Source: Candidatus Adlerbacteria bacterium (GTDB taxonomy: Bacteria; Patescibacteriota; Minisyncoccia; Phycocordibacterales; SBAW01). From it: 39,176 bases of DNA. The notes under the pieces were generated by a model that did no database searches, was not told the DNA's origin, and saw only the letters and a list, made by a program, of their open reading frames with translations. Below are positions 1-9,269 of the stretch, piece by piece (within the stretch, counting starts at the first letter, position 1; each line of letters starts with the position of its first letter). The stretch covers positions 1 to 39,176 of the forward strand of contig CAIMFR010000008.1 of NCBI GenBank assembly GCA_903840375.1. The letters run 5' to 3'. A program made the position numbers and the translations under genes.

Positions 1-2
1 CA

Positions 3-221
3 TTTGGCGATGTGCATATTTATGGCAATCACAAGGAGCAGGCGGAGGAGCAGCTCTCGCGCGAGCCGAAGGCGTTTCCAACCATTTCCTTCACGCAGCC
101 GTTTAATTCTCTCGACACGTTCAAGCCGGAGTTTGTACAGCTCAACAACTACGATCCGCATCCGCCGATAAAAGCCGAGCTTACCGTAATCGGCGGATAT
201 AATAAAAAGCTGCACGGATAA
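3..221 (+). CDS. thyA: Thymidylate synthase, C-terminal part (5' truncated by window edge)
   Basis: Frame 3 reads FGDVHIYGNHKEQAEEQLSREP...YDPHPPIKA, the ThyA C-terminal signature; lies next to glyA. Confidence 0.9.
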   Translation, partial: FGDVHIYGNHKEQAEEQLSREPKAFPTISFTQPFNSLDTFKPEFVQLNNYDPHPPIKAELTVIGGYNKKLHG

Positions 222-286
222 TTTATTTTACTTTTATGATCTAAGTTGCGCACAATTTTCCTTTATTTGCCTTAACGATTTTTACC

Positions 287-1624
287 ATGCAAAAGTACGA
301 CCACATTCAGAAAGAGGACAAGAAAATATACGACTTAATTCTCGCGGAGAAGAAGCGCCAGGAAGACGGGTTGGAATTGATACCGTCGGAAAATTACACA
401 TCGCAGGCAGTGATGGAGGCGATGGGCAGTATTCTCACAAACAAATATTCTGAAGGGTACGCAGGCAAGCGATACTACGGCGGCAACGAGTTTGTCGACC
501 AAGTAGAATTGTTGGCGATCGAGCGCACGAAAAAACTTTTCGGCGTGGCACATGCGAATGTTCAGCCATACTCCGGCAGCCCGGCCAACCTCGCGGTGTA
601 TCTCGCGACATGCAACCCGGGCGACACGGTGATGGGATTAAATTTGCCCGACGGTGGACATCTGACGCATGGGTGGAAATATTCTGCGACGGCGACGTTC
701 TACAAAAGCGTGCCTTATCATGTAAAGGAAGACGGACGCATCGACATGGACGAAGTGTGGGCGCTCGCGAAGGAGCATAAGCCGAAACTTATCTGGGCCG
801 GAGCGACGGCATATCCGTTTATGTACGAATACGACAAATTTGCGGAAGTTGCCGACAGCGTCGGTGCATATTTGGCGGCGGATATCGCGCATGTCGCGGG
901 GCTCATAGTCGCGGGTGCACATCCGAATCCTGCGCCATATGCGCACATCATTACCACCACGACGCACAAAACTTTGCGCGGGCCGCGCGGTGGAATAATC
1001 ATGGTTACTGATAAAGGTCTTGCGAAAGATGTCGACCTGTCGAAGAAAATAGACAAGGCAATAATTCCCGGGTTGCAGGGCGGACCGCATGATCATCAGA
1101 CAGCGGCCATCGCAATCGCGCTCAAGGAAGCTAGCACTGCGCAGTTTCGTTCCTACGGCAAACAGATCGTGAAAAATGCAAAAGCGCTCGCCGACAGTCT
1201 CAAGCGACACGGATTGAAACTGGTAGCAGACGGCACGGAAAATCATCTCATGCTTATCGACCTCGTGCCGACGCTCGGCGCAGGTGGTGGTATCCTCGGG
1301 AGCGAGGTGCTCGAAGTTGCCGGCATGACGGTGAATAAAAATACGATCCCGAAAGATCCGAGCACCGCGCTCTTCCCGAGCGGACTGCGTTTAGGTACTC
1401 CGGCACTTACCACGCGTGGCATGAAGGAAAAAGAGATGAAGCAGGTGGGTAAGTGGATAGCAGAAGCGTTAGCAGAAACAGAACCGTACCGCTTGCCGAC
1501 CGATATGAAGGAGCGAAGCATTTACCTCGAAAACTTCAAAAAAGAAATAGCGAAAAACAAAAACCTCCAAAAAATCCGCAAAGAAATAAAAACATTCTGC
1601 AAAAAGTATCCATTGCCGAGGTAG
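287..1624 (+). CDS. glyA: Serine hydroxymethyltransferase
   Basis: LELIPSENY, NKYSEGY, GGHLTHG, TTTTHKTLRGPRGG (PLP lysine), SGLRLGTPALTTRG. Confidence 0.98.
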   Translation: MQKYDHIQKEDKKIYDLILAEKKRQEDGLELIPSENYTSQAVMEAMGSILTNKYSEGYAGKRYYGGNEFVDQVELLAIERTKKLFGVAHANVQPYSGSPANLAVYLATCNPGDTVMGLNLPDGGHLTHGWKYSATATFYKSVPYHVKEDGRIDMDEVWALAKEHKPKLIWAGATAYPFMYEYDKFAEVADSVGAYLAADIAHVAGLIVAGAHPNPAPYAHIITTTTHKTLRGPRGGIIMVTDKGLAKDVDLSKKIDKAIIPGLQGGPHDHQTAAIAIALKEASTAQFRSYGKQIVKNAKALADSLKRHGLKLVADGTENHLMLIDLVPTLGAGGGILGSEVLEVAGMTVNKNTIPKDPSTALFPSGLRLGTPALTTRGMKEKEMKQVGKWIAEALAETEPYRLPTDMKERSIYLENFKKEIAKNKNLQKIRKEIKTFCKKYPLPR

Positions 1625-1681
1625 TTGCTATAATCACGGGCTGTTGTATAAAAAAGCATCTAACCGATGTACAATTTATGC

Positions 1682-2788
1682 ATGTCTATGATAAAAGAAC
1701 TAATCTCTAATTTCTGGCAGAAATATGAGCGGCCTTTATTACTCGTCGCGGCTATTGGCGGCTTTATTTTTGACCTATTTCTCGCAAAACGGCCGGACAG
1801 TATTGCAGACAATATTCTGCTCGTGTCGTATCTCTTCATCGTCGGAGCGCTCATTGTTCTGCTCAACATTCATGAAAAGAATGTGACTGCGGAGGGTGGT
1901 GCGATGATCGCCCCGATGTGGACGCTTCTCATCATGCAGTTCTGTTTCGGCGGTCTGGCGAACAATCTTCTCATTCTCTACGGCAAAAGCGGAACGCTCG
2001 GCGGCGACTTGGTATTCATCGGATTCCTTGCGGCATTCGCATTGGGGAATGAATATCTGAAAACTAAATACGGGCAGTTGCGGTTTAACGTTGCGGTCTA
2101 TTATTTCCTATTGCTGACATATCTAGTCATGGCGGTGCCGACGTTTGTCATGCATACGATAGGCACGCAAGTGTTTCTGATAAGTGGTGCGGCGAGCCTA
2201 GTTTTTATCGCGCTTTTTCTGCGTATGCTTTATCGAGTGGTTTTGCGTGGGCAGCCAGGCGCTCACAGAAAATTATATGAAGTGTCCGGAATCGTGCTCC
2301 TCATCTTCGCACTGTTCAACGTGCTCTACTTCACCAACATAATTCCGCCGGTTCCGCTCTCACTGAAATCCATCGGGATCTATCATACAGTCACGCGCAC
2401 CGCGGATGGAAATTATTCTGCCACACTTGAGCCGTCTCCGTGGTATATCTTCTGGCGCGATACGAGCGCCACGTACACCTGGGCTACGGGCGAGAGTGCG
2501 ACGTGCTTCAGCGCCGTGTTCGCACCTGCGGAGCTTTTCACTCCGATATATCAGCGATGGGAATATTTCTATCCGACGACCGGTGATTGGATAACCGTCG
2601 CGCATGTGCAATTCCCGATAAGCGGTGGTCGCGCGCAAGGGTATCGCGGCTTCACGACGAAGACAAAATTGGAAGCCGGCCAGTGGCGCTGCGATGTGGA
2701 AACGGCAAGCGGGCAGCTCATCGGCAGAATATCATTCGATGTGGTGGAGAGCAGCTCCACGCCCACGTTGTCCAGCGTGACACTGTAA
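1682..2788 (+). CDS. Multi-pass membrane protein with C-terminal DUF2914-like domain
   Basis: About 7 hydrophobic segments, then a C-terminal FSAVFAP...W...GGRAQGYRGFT...GQWRCDVET domain; start chosen at the ATG 6 nt after TACAAT. Confidence 0.7.
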   Translation: MSMIKELISNFWQKYERPLLLVAAIGGFIFDLFLAKRPDSIADNILLVSYLFIVGALIVLLNIHEKNVTAEGGAMIAPMWTLLIMQFCFGGLANNLLILYGKSGTLGGDLVFIGFLAAFALGNEYLKTKYGQLRFNVAVYYFLLLTYLVMAVPTFVMHTIGTQVFLISGAASLVFIALFLRMLYRVVLRGQPGAHRKLYEVSGIVLLIFALFNVLYFTNIIPPVPLSLKSIGIYHTVTRTADGNYSATLEPSPWYIFWRDTSATYTWATGESATCFSAVFAPAELFTPIYQRWEYFYPTTGDWITVAHVQFPISGGRAQGYRGFTTKTKLEAGQWRCDVETASGQLIGRISFDVVESSSTPTLSSVTL

Positions 2789-2828
2789 GTCGCTTTTTCT
2801 GCGTCGCTCTTTCTGTTACTGTGTGTAT

Positions 2829-4712
2829 ATGATCCGAGATGATATTGAACAGGCGGTTAAGAAGGCGCTCGAGAGTTTTGGTGTTGGCGACACTTCATTT
2901 GTCGTGGAGCGACCGGGGGACATGGCTCACGGGGATTATTCCACGAACGCGGCTTTGATCGCCGGAAAGATGCTGAAGAAAAATCCTCGCGAGGTGGCGG
3001 AGGAGTTGGCAAAGATTCTGCGTTTGCAAATGGTCTGGCCTAGCCTTGCCGACCGGGCGATTGCCGGCGAGCTGGGAGAACCGAGGACCTTTGCAAATGC
3101 AGAATCTTTGCCAGCCTTGTCATTCATTGAAAAAACAGAAGTTGCCGGCGCTGGGTTCATCAATTTTACGCTTTCGCACGAGGCACGAGTCGCGGAAGTT
3201 TCGCGCGCTGCGACCGACGACGCTTGGGGTAAAAATAATTTATATGACGGGAAAAAGGTGATGGTCGAATATACTGACCCGAATCCTTTCAAGGCTTTTC
3301 ATATCGGACACTTGATGAGCAATGCCATCGGCGAGTCCATCGCTCGCGTGTTAGAGGTATCTGGTGCAAAAGTTGTGAGTGCGTGCTGGCAGGGTGACGT
3401 CGGGCTGCATGTGGCGAAAGCTCTGTGGGGAATACAGCGCGATGTCGCACATCTTCCGCAAGAGAGCAATTCACTCGAGGTAAAGTCTGCATTTCTCGGC
3501 GGAGCGTATGTTGCCGGCGCAACGGCGTATGACGACAATGCGGACGCGAAGGCGGAGATCGACGCGATAAATAAAAAAGTGTTCGACCGCTCCGACGCCG
3601 AGTTGAACGATTTGTATGCGAAGGGTCGTGCGTGGAGTTTGGAACATTTCGAGGAGATCTACAAAACACTTGGAACGCATTTCGACTATTATTTTTTTGA
3701 AGGTACCGAGGGCCGCGACGGCGAGAAGATCGTGCGCGAATTTTTGCAGAAAGGTGTGTTCGAAGAAAGCGACGGTGCGATAGTCTTTCCGGGAGAAAAG
3801 TACGGTTTGCACACTCGCGTGTTTATCACATCGCGCGGCTTGCCGACGTACGAAGCGAAAGAGCTTGGATTAAATAAGGCGAAGTTTGCCGCGGAGCCGG
3901 GCCTCGATGAGTCTATCATCGTCACTGCGAGCGAGCAGAATGATTATTTCACGGTCGCGCTCAAGGCGATGTCGATGATATTCCCGGACATTGCCCGCAA
4001 GACTAAACATGTATCGCACGGTATGATGCGTTTCGCTGCCGGAAAAATGTCGTCGCGCAGAGGTAATGTCATCACCGGCGAATCGCTACTTGCAGACTTG
4101 GCAGATGCCGCAAAAGAAAAAATGAAGGATAGGAAGTTGGCGGATGCGGATGGTGTTGCGCAGGCGATAGCGGTCGGAGCTATCAAATATGCCGTGCTCA
4201 AACAGGGGAGCGGCAAGGATATTATTTTCGATTCACAGAAAGCATTGTCGCTCGAGGGCGACTCCGGGCCATATCTACAGTATGCACACGTGCGTGCATT
4301 GTCTCTGATAAAAATGGCGAAAGATGCTGGGATCGAGACAGACACCTCCGAGCAGTCGGTATCTGCCGAAAAATGTGCGCTCCGGGCCGCTAGGCCAAGT
4401 CCTACCCATTTTTCAACAGGTACCGACTACTCGGAGGAAGATCCCTCTGTTTCTGCCGCCGCTCGCCACATCCTCGAACGCACCCTCCTTCATTTCCCGG
4501 AAATACTCGAACGCGCCGCTAAAGAACTCGAACCGCACCATATAACTACATATCTCACTGAACTCGCGTCAGCATTTAATGCATGGTACGCGGCAGAGCG
4601 AATTATTGGTGGCGAACATCCGCAATACGGACTTCTCTTGGCAGAAGCGGTGGAAAAAACTTTACTGCAAGGTTTAAACACTCTTGGTATTCCGGTCCCG
4701 GAGGAAATGTAG
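2829..4712 (+). CDS. argS: Arginine--tRNA ligase (carries two in-frame palindromic insertions)
   Basis: HGDYSTN, VEYTDPNPFKAFHIGH, KMSSRRG, GPYLQYAHVR, C-terminal GIPVPEEM. Confidence 0.97.
   Translation: MIRDDIEQAVKKALESFGVGDTSFVVERPGDMAHGDYSTNAALIAGKMLKKNPREVAEELAKILRLQMVWPSLADRAIAGELGEPRTFANAESLPALSFIEKTEVAGAGFINFTLSHEARVAEVSRAATDDAWGKNNLYDGKKVMVEYTDPNPFKAFHIGHLMSNAIGESIARVLEVSGAKVVSACWQGDVGLHVAKALWGIQRDVAHLPQESNSLEVKSAFLGGAYVAGATAYDDNADAKAEIDAINKKVFDRSDAELNDLYAKGRAWSLEHFEEIYKTLGTHFDYYFFEGTEGRDGEKIVREFLQKGVFEESDGAIVFPGEKYGLHTRVFITSRGLPTYEAKELGLNKAKFAAEPGLDESIIVTASEQNDYFTVALKAMSMIFPDIARKTKHVSHGMMRFAAGKMSSRRGNVITGESLLADLADAAKEKMKDRKLADADGVAQAIAVGAIKYAVLKQGSGKDIIFDSQKALSLEGDSGPYLQYAHVRALSLIKMAKDAGIETDTSEQSVSAEKCALRAARPSPTHFSTGTDYSEEDPSVSAAARHILERTLLHFPEILERAAKELEPHHITTYLTELASAFNAWYAAERIIGGEHPQYGLLLAEAVEKTLLQGLNTLGIPVPEEM
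3005..3115 (+). repeat. In-frame palindromic element (family A) in argS
   Basis: 26-nt arms 3005-3030/3090-3115 pair fully (2 G.U); core AAATGGTCTGGC...GAGAACCGAGGACCTTT is shared with the ileS element. Confidence 0.9.
4345..4437. repeat. In-frame palindromic element (family B) in argS
   Basis: 31-nt arms 4345-4375/4407-4437 with 27 Watson-Crick pairs; encodes the non-ArgRS-like peptide SEQSVSAEKCALRAARPSPTHFSTGTDYSE. Confidence 0.85.
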
Positions 4713-4717
4713 ACGTA

Positions 4718-4745
4718 TTGACAAAAAATGTATTTCGTTTAATGT
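4718..4745 (+). promoter_or_regulatory. Sigma70-type promoter of small orphan ORF
   Basis: TTGACA at 4718, 16 nt spacer, TAATGT. Confidence 0.5.
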
Positions 4746-4780
4746 ATTCCTGAACGTACAACATACATCAGGAGGTTTTC

Positions 4781-4945
4781 ATGTTTCGTAGGCAGACCGT
4801 TTTCCACAGCATGCACGACGGCAGGGTTGCGGTGAAAAGTATTTCTCTCCAAGTGCAGGCGCGCGATGGAGAGGTCGTGGAAGTTATCGAGGTCCGTGCG
4901 CATATCTCTATGGAGAACACAACTAATCAAATTGCCCGCAGGTAG
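4781..4945 (+). CDS. Small orphan protein, 54 aa (MFRRQTVFHSMHDGRVAVKSISLQVQARDGEVVEVIEVRAHISMENTTNQIARR)
   Basis: SD AGGAGG upstream, own promoter and terminator; absent from the ORF track, which lists only ORFs of 60 aa or more. Confidence 0.6.
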   Translation: MFRRQTVFHSMHDGRVAVKSISLQVQARDGEVVEVIEVRAHISMENTTNQIARR

Positions 4946-4973
4946 GTCTTAGGACCACCTGCGGTATTTTTTT
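4936..4973 (+). terminator. Intrinsic terminator
   Basis: CCGCAGGT-A-GGTC/GACC-ACCTGCGG hairpin followed by a T run. Confidence 0.75.
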
Positions 4974-5012
4974 ATATGGCAGCGAGCCGGATTTGTGGTA
5001 CATTCTTCATAT

Positions 5013-8000
5013 ATGGCAGAACCTGAGAAAGTTGTTGAAAAAGGCGAGGTAGCCTTGCGCGAGGAGGAGACTCTGGCCTTTTGGATAAAAGAGAAGATCT
5101 TCGAGAAGTCTTTGACTAAAGATGCACCTAAGGGTGATTTTGTCTTCTACGATGGGCCGCCTTTCGCTACAGGTTTGCCGCACACCGGTTCTCTGTTGGC
5201 ATCGGTCATCAAAGATGTTGTGCCGCGCTACAAGACGATGCGCGGTTTTCGCGTGCCACGCAAATGGGGGTGGGATTGCCACGGTTTGCCGGTTGAGAGT
5301 CTCATAGAAAAGCAGCTCAATCTCAAAACTAAAAAAGACATCGAGAAGATCGGCGTCGACACATTTAACGAAGCTGCGCGCGCGTCGGTGCTTAAGTTCG
5401 TCGACGATTGGGAAAAATATGTCAGCCGCGTCGGTCGCTGGGTTGATTTCAAAAATTCATATAAGACGATGGACAACTCGTACATCGAGAGCGTGTGGTG
5501 GACGTTGAAACGGCTCAACGGGAAAAAACTTTTGTACGAAGGCAAGAAAGTTTTGATGTACTGCGTACACTGCGAGACACCTCTTGCCAAGGCGGAGATC
5601 GCGATGGACAACACATACAAGATGATCACTGAGGAAGCTGTCACGGTGAAGTTCAAGATGAAAAATCAGGAGAAGCGCGGCATTCCGGCGAACGCATACA
5701 TTCTAGCGTGGACGACGACGCCATGGACTTTGCCCGGCAACGTCGCACTTGCGGTCAACCCCACTATCCCGTATGTGTTGGTGCAGAAAGGTGATGAATA
5801 TTTGATGGTGGCGAAGGAGAGGGTGAGCGCTGTGTTTGGTGGCGGCGGCGGCGTGGAAAAACTTCCTTCTGAAAATGGTCTGGCGTCAAGCCGACCGTCT
5901 TCGGTCGGTGTTGGCGAGAACCGAGGACCTTTTCAGAAGGAAGTTTTCCCCGACGTCGTGTCCGACGTCGTGTCCGAATTCCTCGGCAAAGAACTCATTG
6001 GCGCGGAGTATGAGCCTCTTTATACGGTGCCGGCAATCGCGAACACGAAGGGCAAAAAATACGTTGTCGTCGGAGCGGATTTCGTATCGACAGAAGACGG
6101 CACTGGGGTTGTACATATCGCGCCGATGTATGGCGAAGACGACTTTGCTGTTGGTAAAAAAGAAGGGTTGCCGATGGTGCAGCTCCTCTTACCGAACGGC
6201 AATTACACCGACCTCGTGCCGGAATTTCTGCGCGGACTATATCTCAAAGCCGGAAGCAAGTTTATCAAAGAAGACTTGGAGAAACGCGGTATTTTGTTCG
6301 GACGCGCGCCGCATTCACACTCATATCCGCACTGCTACCGCTGTGGCACACCGCTCATCTACAATGCGGTTGTGTCGTGGTTTATCAACATCCAGAAAGT
6401 GAAGAGCCGTATGCTCGCCGAGAATGAAAAGATCACGTGGGTACCGGAACATCTCAAGCACGGGCGCTTCAAACACAATGTCGAAACTGCGCCGGACTGG
6501 ACCATTTCGCGCAACCGTTTTTGGGCATCGCCGTTGCCTATATGGAAAGAGAAGGGTGGTGACGGGTTGATGGTCGTCGGCTCGCTCGACGAACTGCTTG
6601 TAAAGACGAAACATTCCGGCAATACATATTTTGTCATGCGGCATGGCGAGGCGCAGGCGAACCTGAAAGATATTTTTGAAACGAAAGGTGATGTGACCAA
6701 TCATCTCACAGAGACAGGTAAGGAACAGGCTCGCACAAGCGCTGAGTGGTTGAAGAAACATGGGCCGATCGATCTTATCGTACATTCGCCGTTGGTGCGT
6801 ACACGCGAGACTGCTTATATTGCGCAAAAAGTTCTCGGGCTCACTGACTCCGCGATGATGGTAGATGAAAGGTTGCGTGAGATGGGTGTCGGTATCCTCG
6901 AAGGCAAAACATTCGATGAGTGGGATAAATATTTCGACGCACCGCTCGAGCAGTTCACCAAGCGTGCGATCGAGGGCGCGGAAACATTCACCGACATTCG
7001 TCGCCGCGTGGGCGCATTTCTATTCGAAATAGACAAACGATACTCCGGCAAAAATATTCTTATCGTGACGCACGAATGTCCGGGTTGGCTTCTCAATGCT
7101 GTTGCGTCGCGACAGAGTATTGGAGAGTGTATGGAAGATCGCGTACAGCACGGCGGATTTCTTACTCGCGGCCAAGTGAAGCCTCTTTCATTCGCATCCT
7201 TCCCTCATAATGCAAACTTCGAGCTCGACCTCCATCGCCCGTACATTGATGCAGTAACACTTTTTGACAAAGCGGGGCGCGCGTACGAACGCATTCCGGA
7301 AGTTATAGACTGCTGGGTGGAGTCCGGCGCGATGCCGTTCGCCTCTGCTGGTTATCCGAAGAACAAAAAAACGATCAATCCTATTCGCTGGTTCGGACTC
7401 GCACCGAAAGGGTATCCGGGCGACTTTATTGCGGAGTACATCGCACAGACGCGCACGTGGTTCTATTATATGCACGCGCTCGGCATTCTGCTTTTTAACA
7501 AACGAGCATTCAACACTGTGGTCTCGACGGGTACGTTGCTTGCGTCTGATGGTGCGAAGATATCGAAGTCGAAAGGGAATTATACCGACCCGATGCTTCT
7601 CATGGATCGCTTCGGTGCGGACGCATTCAGGTTTCATTTGATGGGCAGCGTCGTGATGCAGGCGGAGGATCTCCAGTTCAAAGACGAAGATGTTCGCGAG
7701 GTGCACAACCGCGTTGTCGGCATGATCTGGAATTCATACAAGTTTTATGAATTATACAAAGCGAGTTACAGCGGAAAGGTGCGGAGTTCGGACAGTCCTC
7801 ATGTGCTCGATCGGTGGATTCGCGCACGGCTCGCCGACGTTGCGTTACAGACCACACAGGGGATGGATGCGTTCAATACGCCGAGCGTGTGCCGCGTCTT
7901 GCGCGAGTTCGTCGATGATTATTCGACTTGGTACTTGCGCCGTTCGCGCGCGCGGGTGAAGACTGACACGGAGGACAAGCAGTTCGCACTTGCGACGCAG

Positions 8001-8630
8001 CACGATGTGCTGATCGCGTTGGCAAAACTTACAGCTCCGCTGATGCCGTTCCTCGCGGAAAATGTGTACCGCGGCGTCGGCGGAGACATGGAGAGTGTTC
8101 ATCTCGATGTGTGGCCGGACTCGTGGGAGTTCCTCGCCGATGCGGTATTGCTTGAGAAAATGAAGCATACGCGCGCCACCGTGTCGCAAGCGCTCGACTT
8201 GCGTGAACGTGCGAATATAAAGGTTCGCCAGCCGCTCGCGGCGCTTTACCTGCCGCGCACTATTGACCTAGCAAGCGAGTTGGAATTGCTCGCGCTCATA
8301 AAAGATGAAGTAAATATAAAAAATATAGAGTTCACCGATGATGCGGATATGCGCCTCGACACTAGTATCACTCCGGAGTTGAAAGAGGAGGGAACGGTGC
8401 GCGACATCGTCCGTCAGATCCAAGACTTCCGCAAAAAAGAAAAACTCACCATAGATGCGCGTCCGTCGATCACCATAACCACCAACAAAGAAGGCGAAGC
8501 ATTTTTCAAAAAACAAAAAGAAGTCCTAATAAAAGAAACCGGCTTGGCAAAACTGTCGGTCAACGTTTCTTCGGAAGAAGCCACAGCACAAAGTCTGCAA
8601 TTCCCGGTTGTGATCGCTTTGGAGAAGTAA
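5013..8630 (+). CDS. ileS: Isoleucine--tRNA ligase (type 2, eukaryote-like) with inserted histidine-phosphatase domain
   Basis: FYDGPPFATGLPH, GWDCHGLP, WTTTPWTLP, DGTGVVHIAP, DWTISRNRFW, QTRTWFY, KISKSKGN; start at the ATG 8 nt after TGG-TACATT. Confidence 0.96.
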   Translation: MAEPEKVVEKGEVALREEETLAFWIKEKIFEKSLTKDAPKGDFVFYDGPPFATGLPHTGSLLASVIKDVVPRYKTMRGFRVPRKWGWDCHGLPVESLIEKQLNLKTKKDIEKIGVDTFNEAARASVLKFVDDWEKYVSRVGRWVDFKNSYKTMDNSYIESVWWTLKRLNGKKLLYEGKKVLMYCVHCETPLAKAEIAMDNTYKMITEEAVTVKFKMKNQEKRGIPANAYILAWTTTPWTLPGNVALAVNPTIPYVLVQKGDEYLMVAKERVSAVFGGGGGVEKLPSENGLASSRPSSVGVGENRGPFQKEVFPDVVSDVVSEFLGKELIGAEYEPLYTVPAIANTKGKKYVVVGADFVSTEDGTGVVHIAPMYGEDDFAVGKKEGLPMVQLLLPNGNYTDLVPEFLRGLYLKAGSKFIKEDLEKRGILFGRAPHSHSYPHCYRCGTPLIYNAVVSWFINIQKVKSRMLAENEKITWVPEHLKHGRFKHNVETAPDWTISRNRFWASPLPIWKEKGGDGLMVVGSLDELLVKTKHSGNTYFVMRHGEAQANLKDIFETKGDVTNHLTETGKEQARTSAEWLKKHGPIDLIVHSPLVRTRETAYIAQKVLGLTDSAMMVDERLREMGVGILEGKTFDEWDKYFDAPLEQFTKRAIEGAETFTDIRRRVGAFLFEIDKRYSGKNILIVTHECPGWLLNAVASRQSIGECMEDRVQHGGFLTRGQVKPLSFASFPHNANFELDLHRPYIDAVTLFDKAGRAYERIPEVIDCWVESGAMPFASAGYPKNKKTINPIRWFGLAPKGYPGDFIAEYIAQTRTWFYYMHALGILLFNKRAFNTVVSTGTLLASDGAKISKSKGNYTDPMLLMDRFGADAFRFHLMGSVVMQAEDLQFKDEDVREVHNRVVGMIWNSYKFYELYKASYSGKVRSSDSPHVLDRWIRARLADVALQTTQGMDAFNTPSVCRVLREFVDDYSTWYLRRSRARVKTDTEDKQFALATQHDVLIALAKLTAPLMPFLAENVYRGVGGDMESVHLDVWPDSWEFLADAVLLEKMKHTRATVSQALDLRERANIKVRQPLAALYLPRTIDLASELELLALIKDEVNIKNIEFTDDADMRLDTSITPELKEEGTVRDIVRQIQDFRKKEKLTIDARPSITITTNKEGEAFFKKQKEVLIKETGLAKLSVNVSSEEATAQSLQFPVVIALEK
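5848..5959 (+). repeat. In-frame palindromic element (family A) in ileS
   Basis: Perfect 18-bp arms 5858-5875/5930-5947, inner stem-loop 5884-5916, same core as argS 3028-3092; flanked by a 12-bp tandem duplication (CCGACGTCGTGT x2). Confidence 0.9.
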
Positions 8631-9230
8631 ATGCACAAGATTTTTGTTACCAACGGCATTGTGCTGTGGAAGCGCGGAGTGGGGGAGGCTAACACGCAAG
8701 TTGCCATTCTCACCGACGAACTCGGGCTGGTACGCGTGTCGGCGCGGAGCGCGCGGCTTTGGCGATCGAAATTGCGCTACGGGCTTGAACCGCTCACTCG
8801 TGCGCGATTTTCTCTTGTGCGTGGTCGACATGAATGGAAGCTGACTGGTGTCGAGCGCGTCTCGCGTGACTATGTCATGTTGCGGGAATGTTCGCCGTCA
8901 TCGGTGCAGAACGTTCAAGCGATAGCACGTGTCGCGCGATTATTATTACGCCTCATTCATGGTGAAATGCCGATGGGCGAATTGTTCGCATCCGTGACTG
9001 CGGGGTTTGATCATATTTCCAATGCAGACTCTGTAGAAAATGTTGAAGCCTCCGAGTGTCTGCTCGTGTTGCGCATTCTCCACCATCTCGGCTACATTCC
9101 GCATACCAACACCCTTACCCCGTTTCTCTCGGATGATTCCTTTTCCGAAGATGTAATTTTGCAGGCAGTGGGATCACGTTCGCTCCTAATAATAACCATT
9201 AACAATGCTATTGCTGAGACGGGACTGTGA
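8631..9230 (+). CDS. recO: DNA repair protein RecO
   Basis: N-terminal OB-like GIVL...GEAN..VAILTDELGLVRVSARSAR...SKLR..LEP, and LRILHHLGY; abuts the ileS stop. Confidence 0.85.
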   Translation: MHKIFVTNGIVLWKRGVGEANTQVAILTDELGLVRVSARSARLWRSKLRYGLEPLTRARFSLVRGRHEWKLTGVERVSRDYVMLRECSPSSVQNVQAIARVARLLLRLIHGEMPMGELFASVTAGFDHISNADSVENVEASECLLVLRILHHLGYIPHTNTLTPFLSDDSFSEDVILQAVGSRSLLIITINNAIAETGL

Positions 9231-9269
9231 TCTTGTTGGATTGTCTTTTTAAGGTGTTATACTCTACGT

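Noticed and set aside
3076..3090. Similarity of GAGGACC in the element core to the 23S sarcin-ricin loop
   Set aside because: Only about 7 nt match and no AGUA strand; insufficient
8876..8925. Imperfect hairpin in recO (GAATGTTC...GAACGTTC) as a further palindromic element
   Set aside because: Short stem, lacks the conserved core; could be chance
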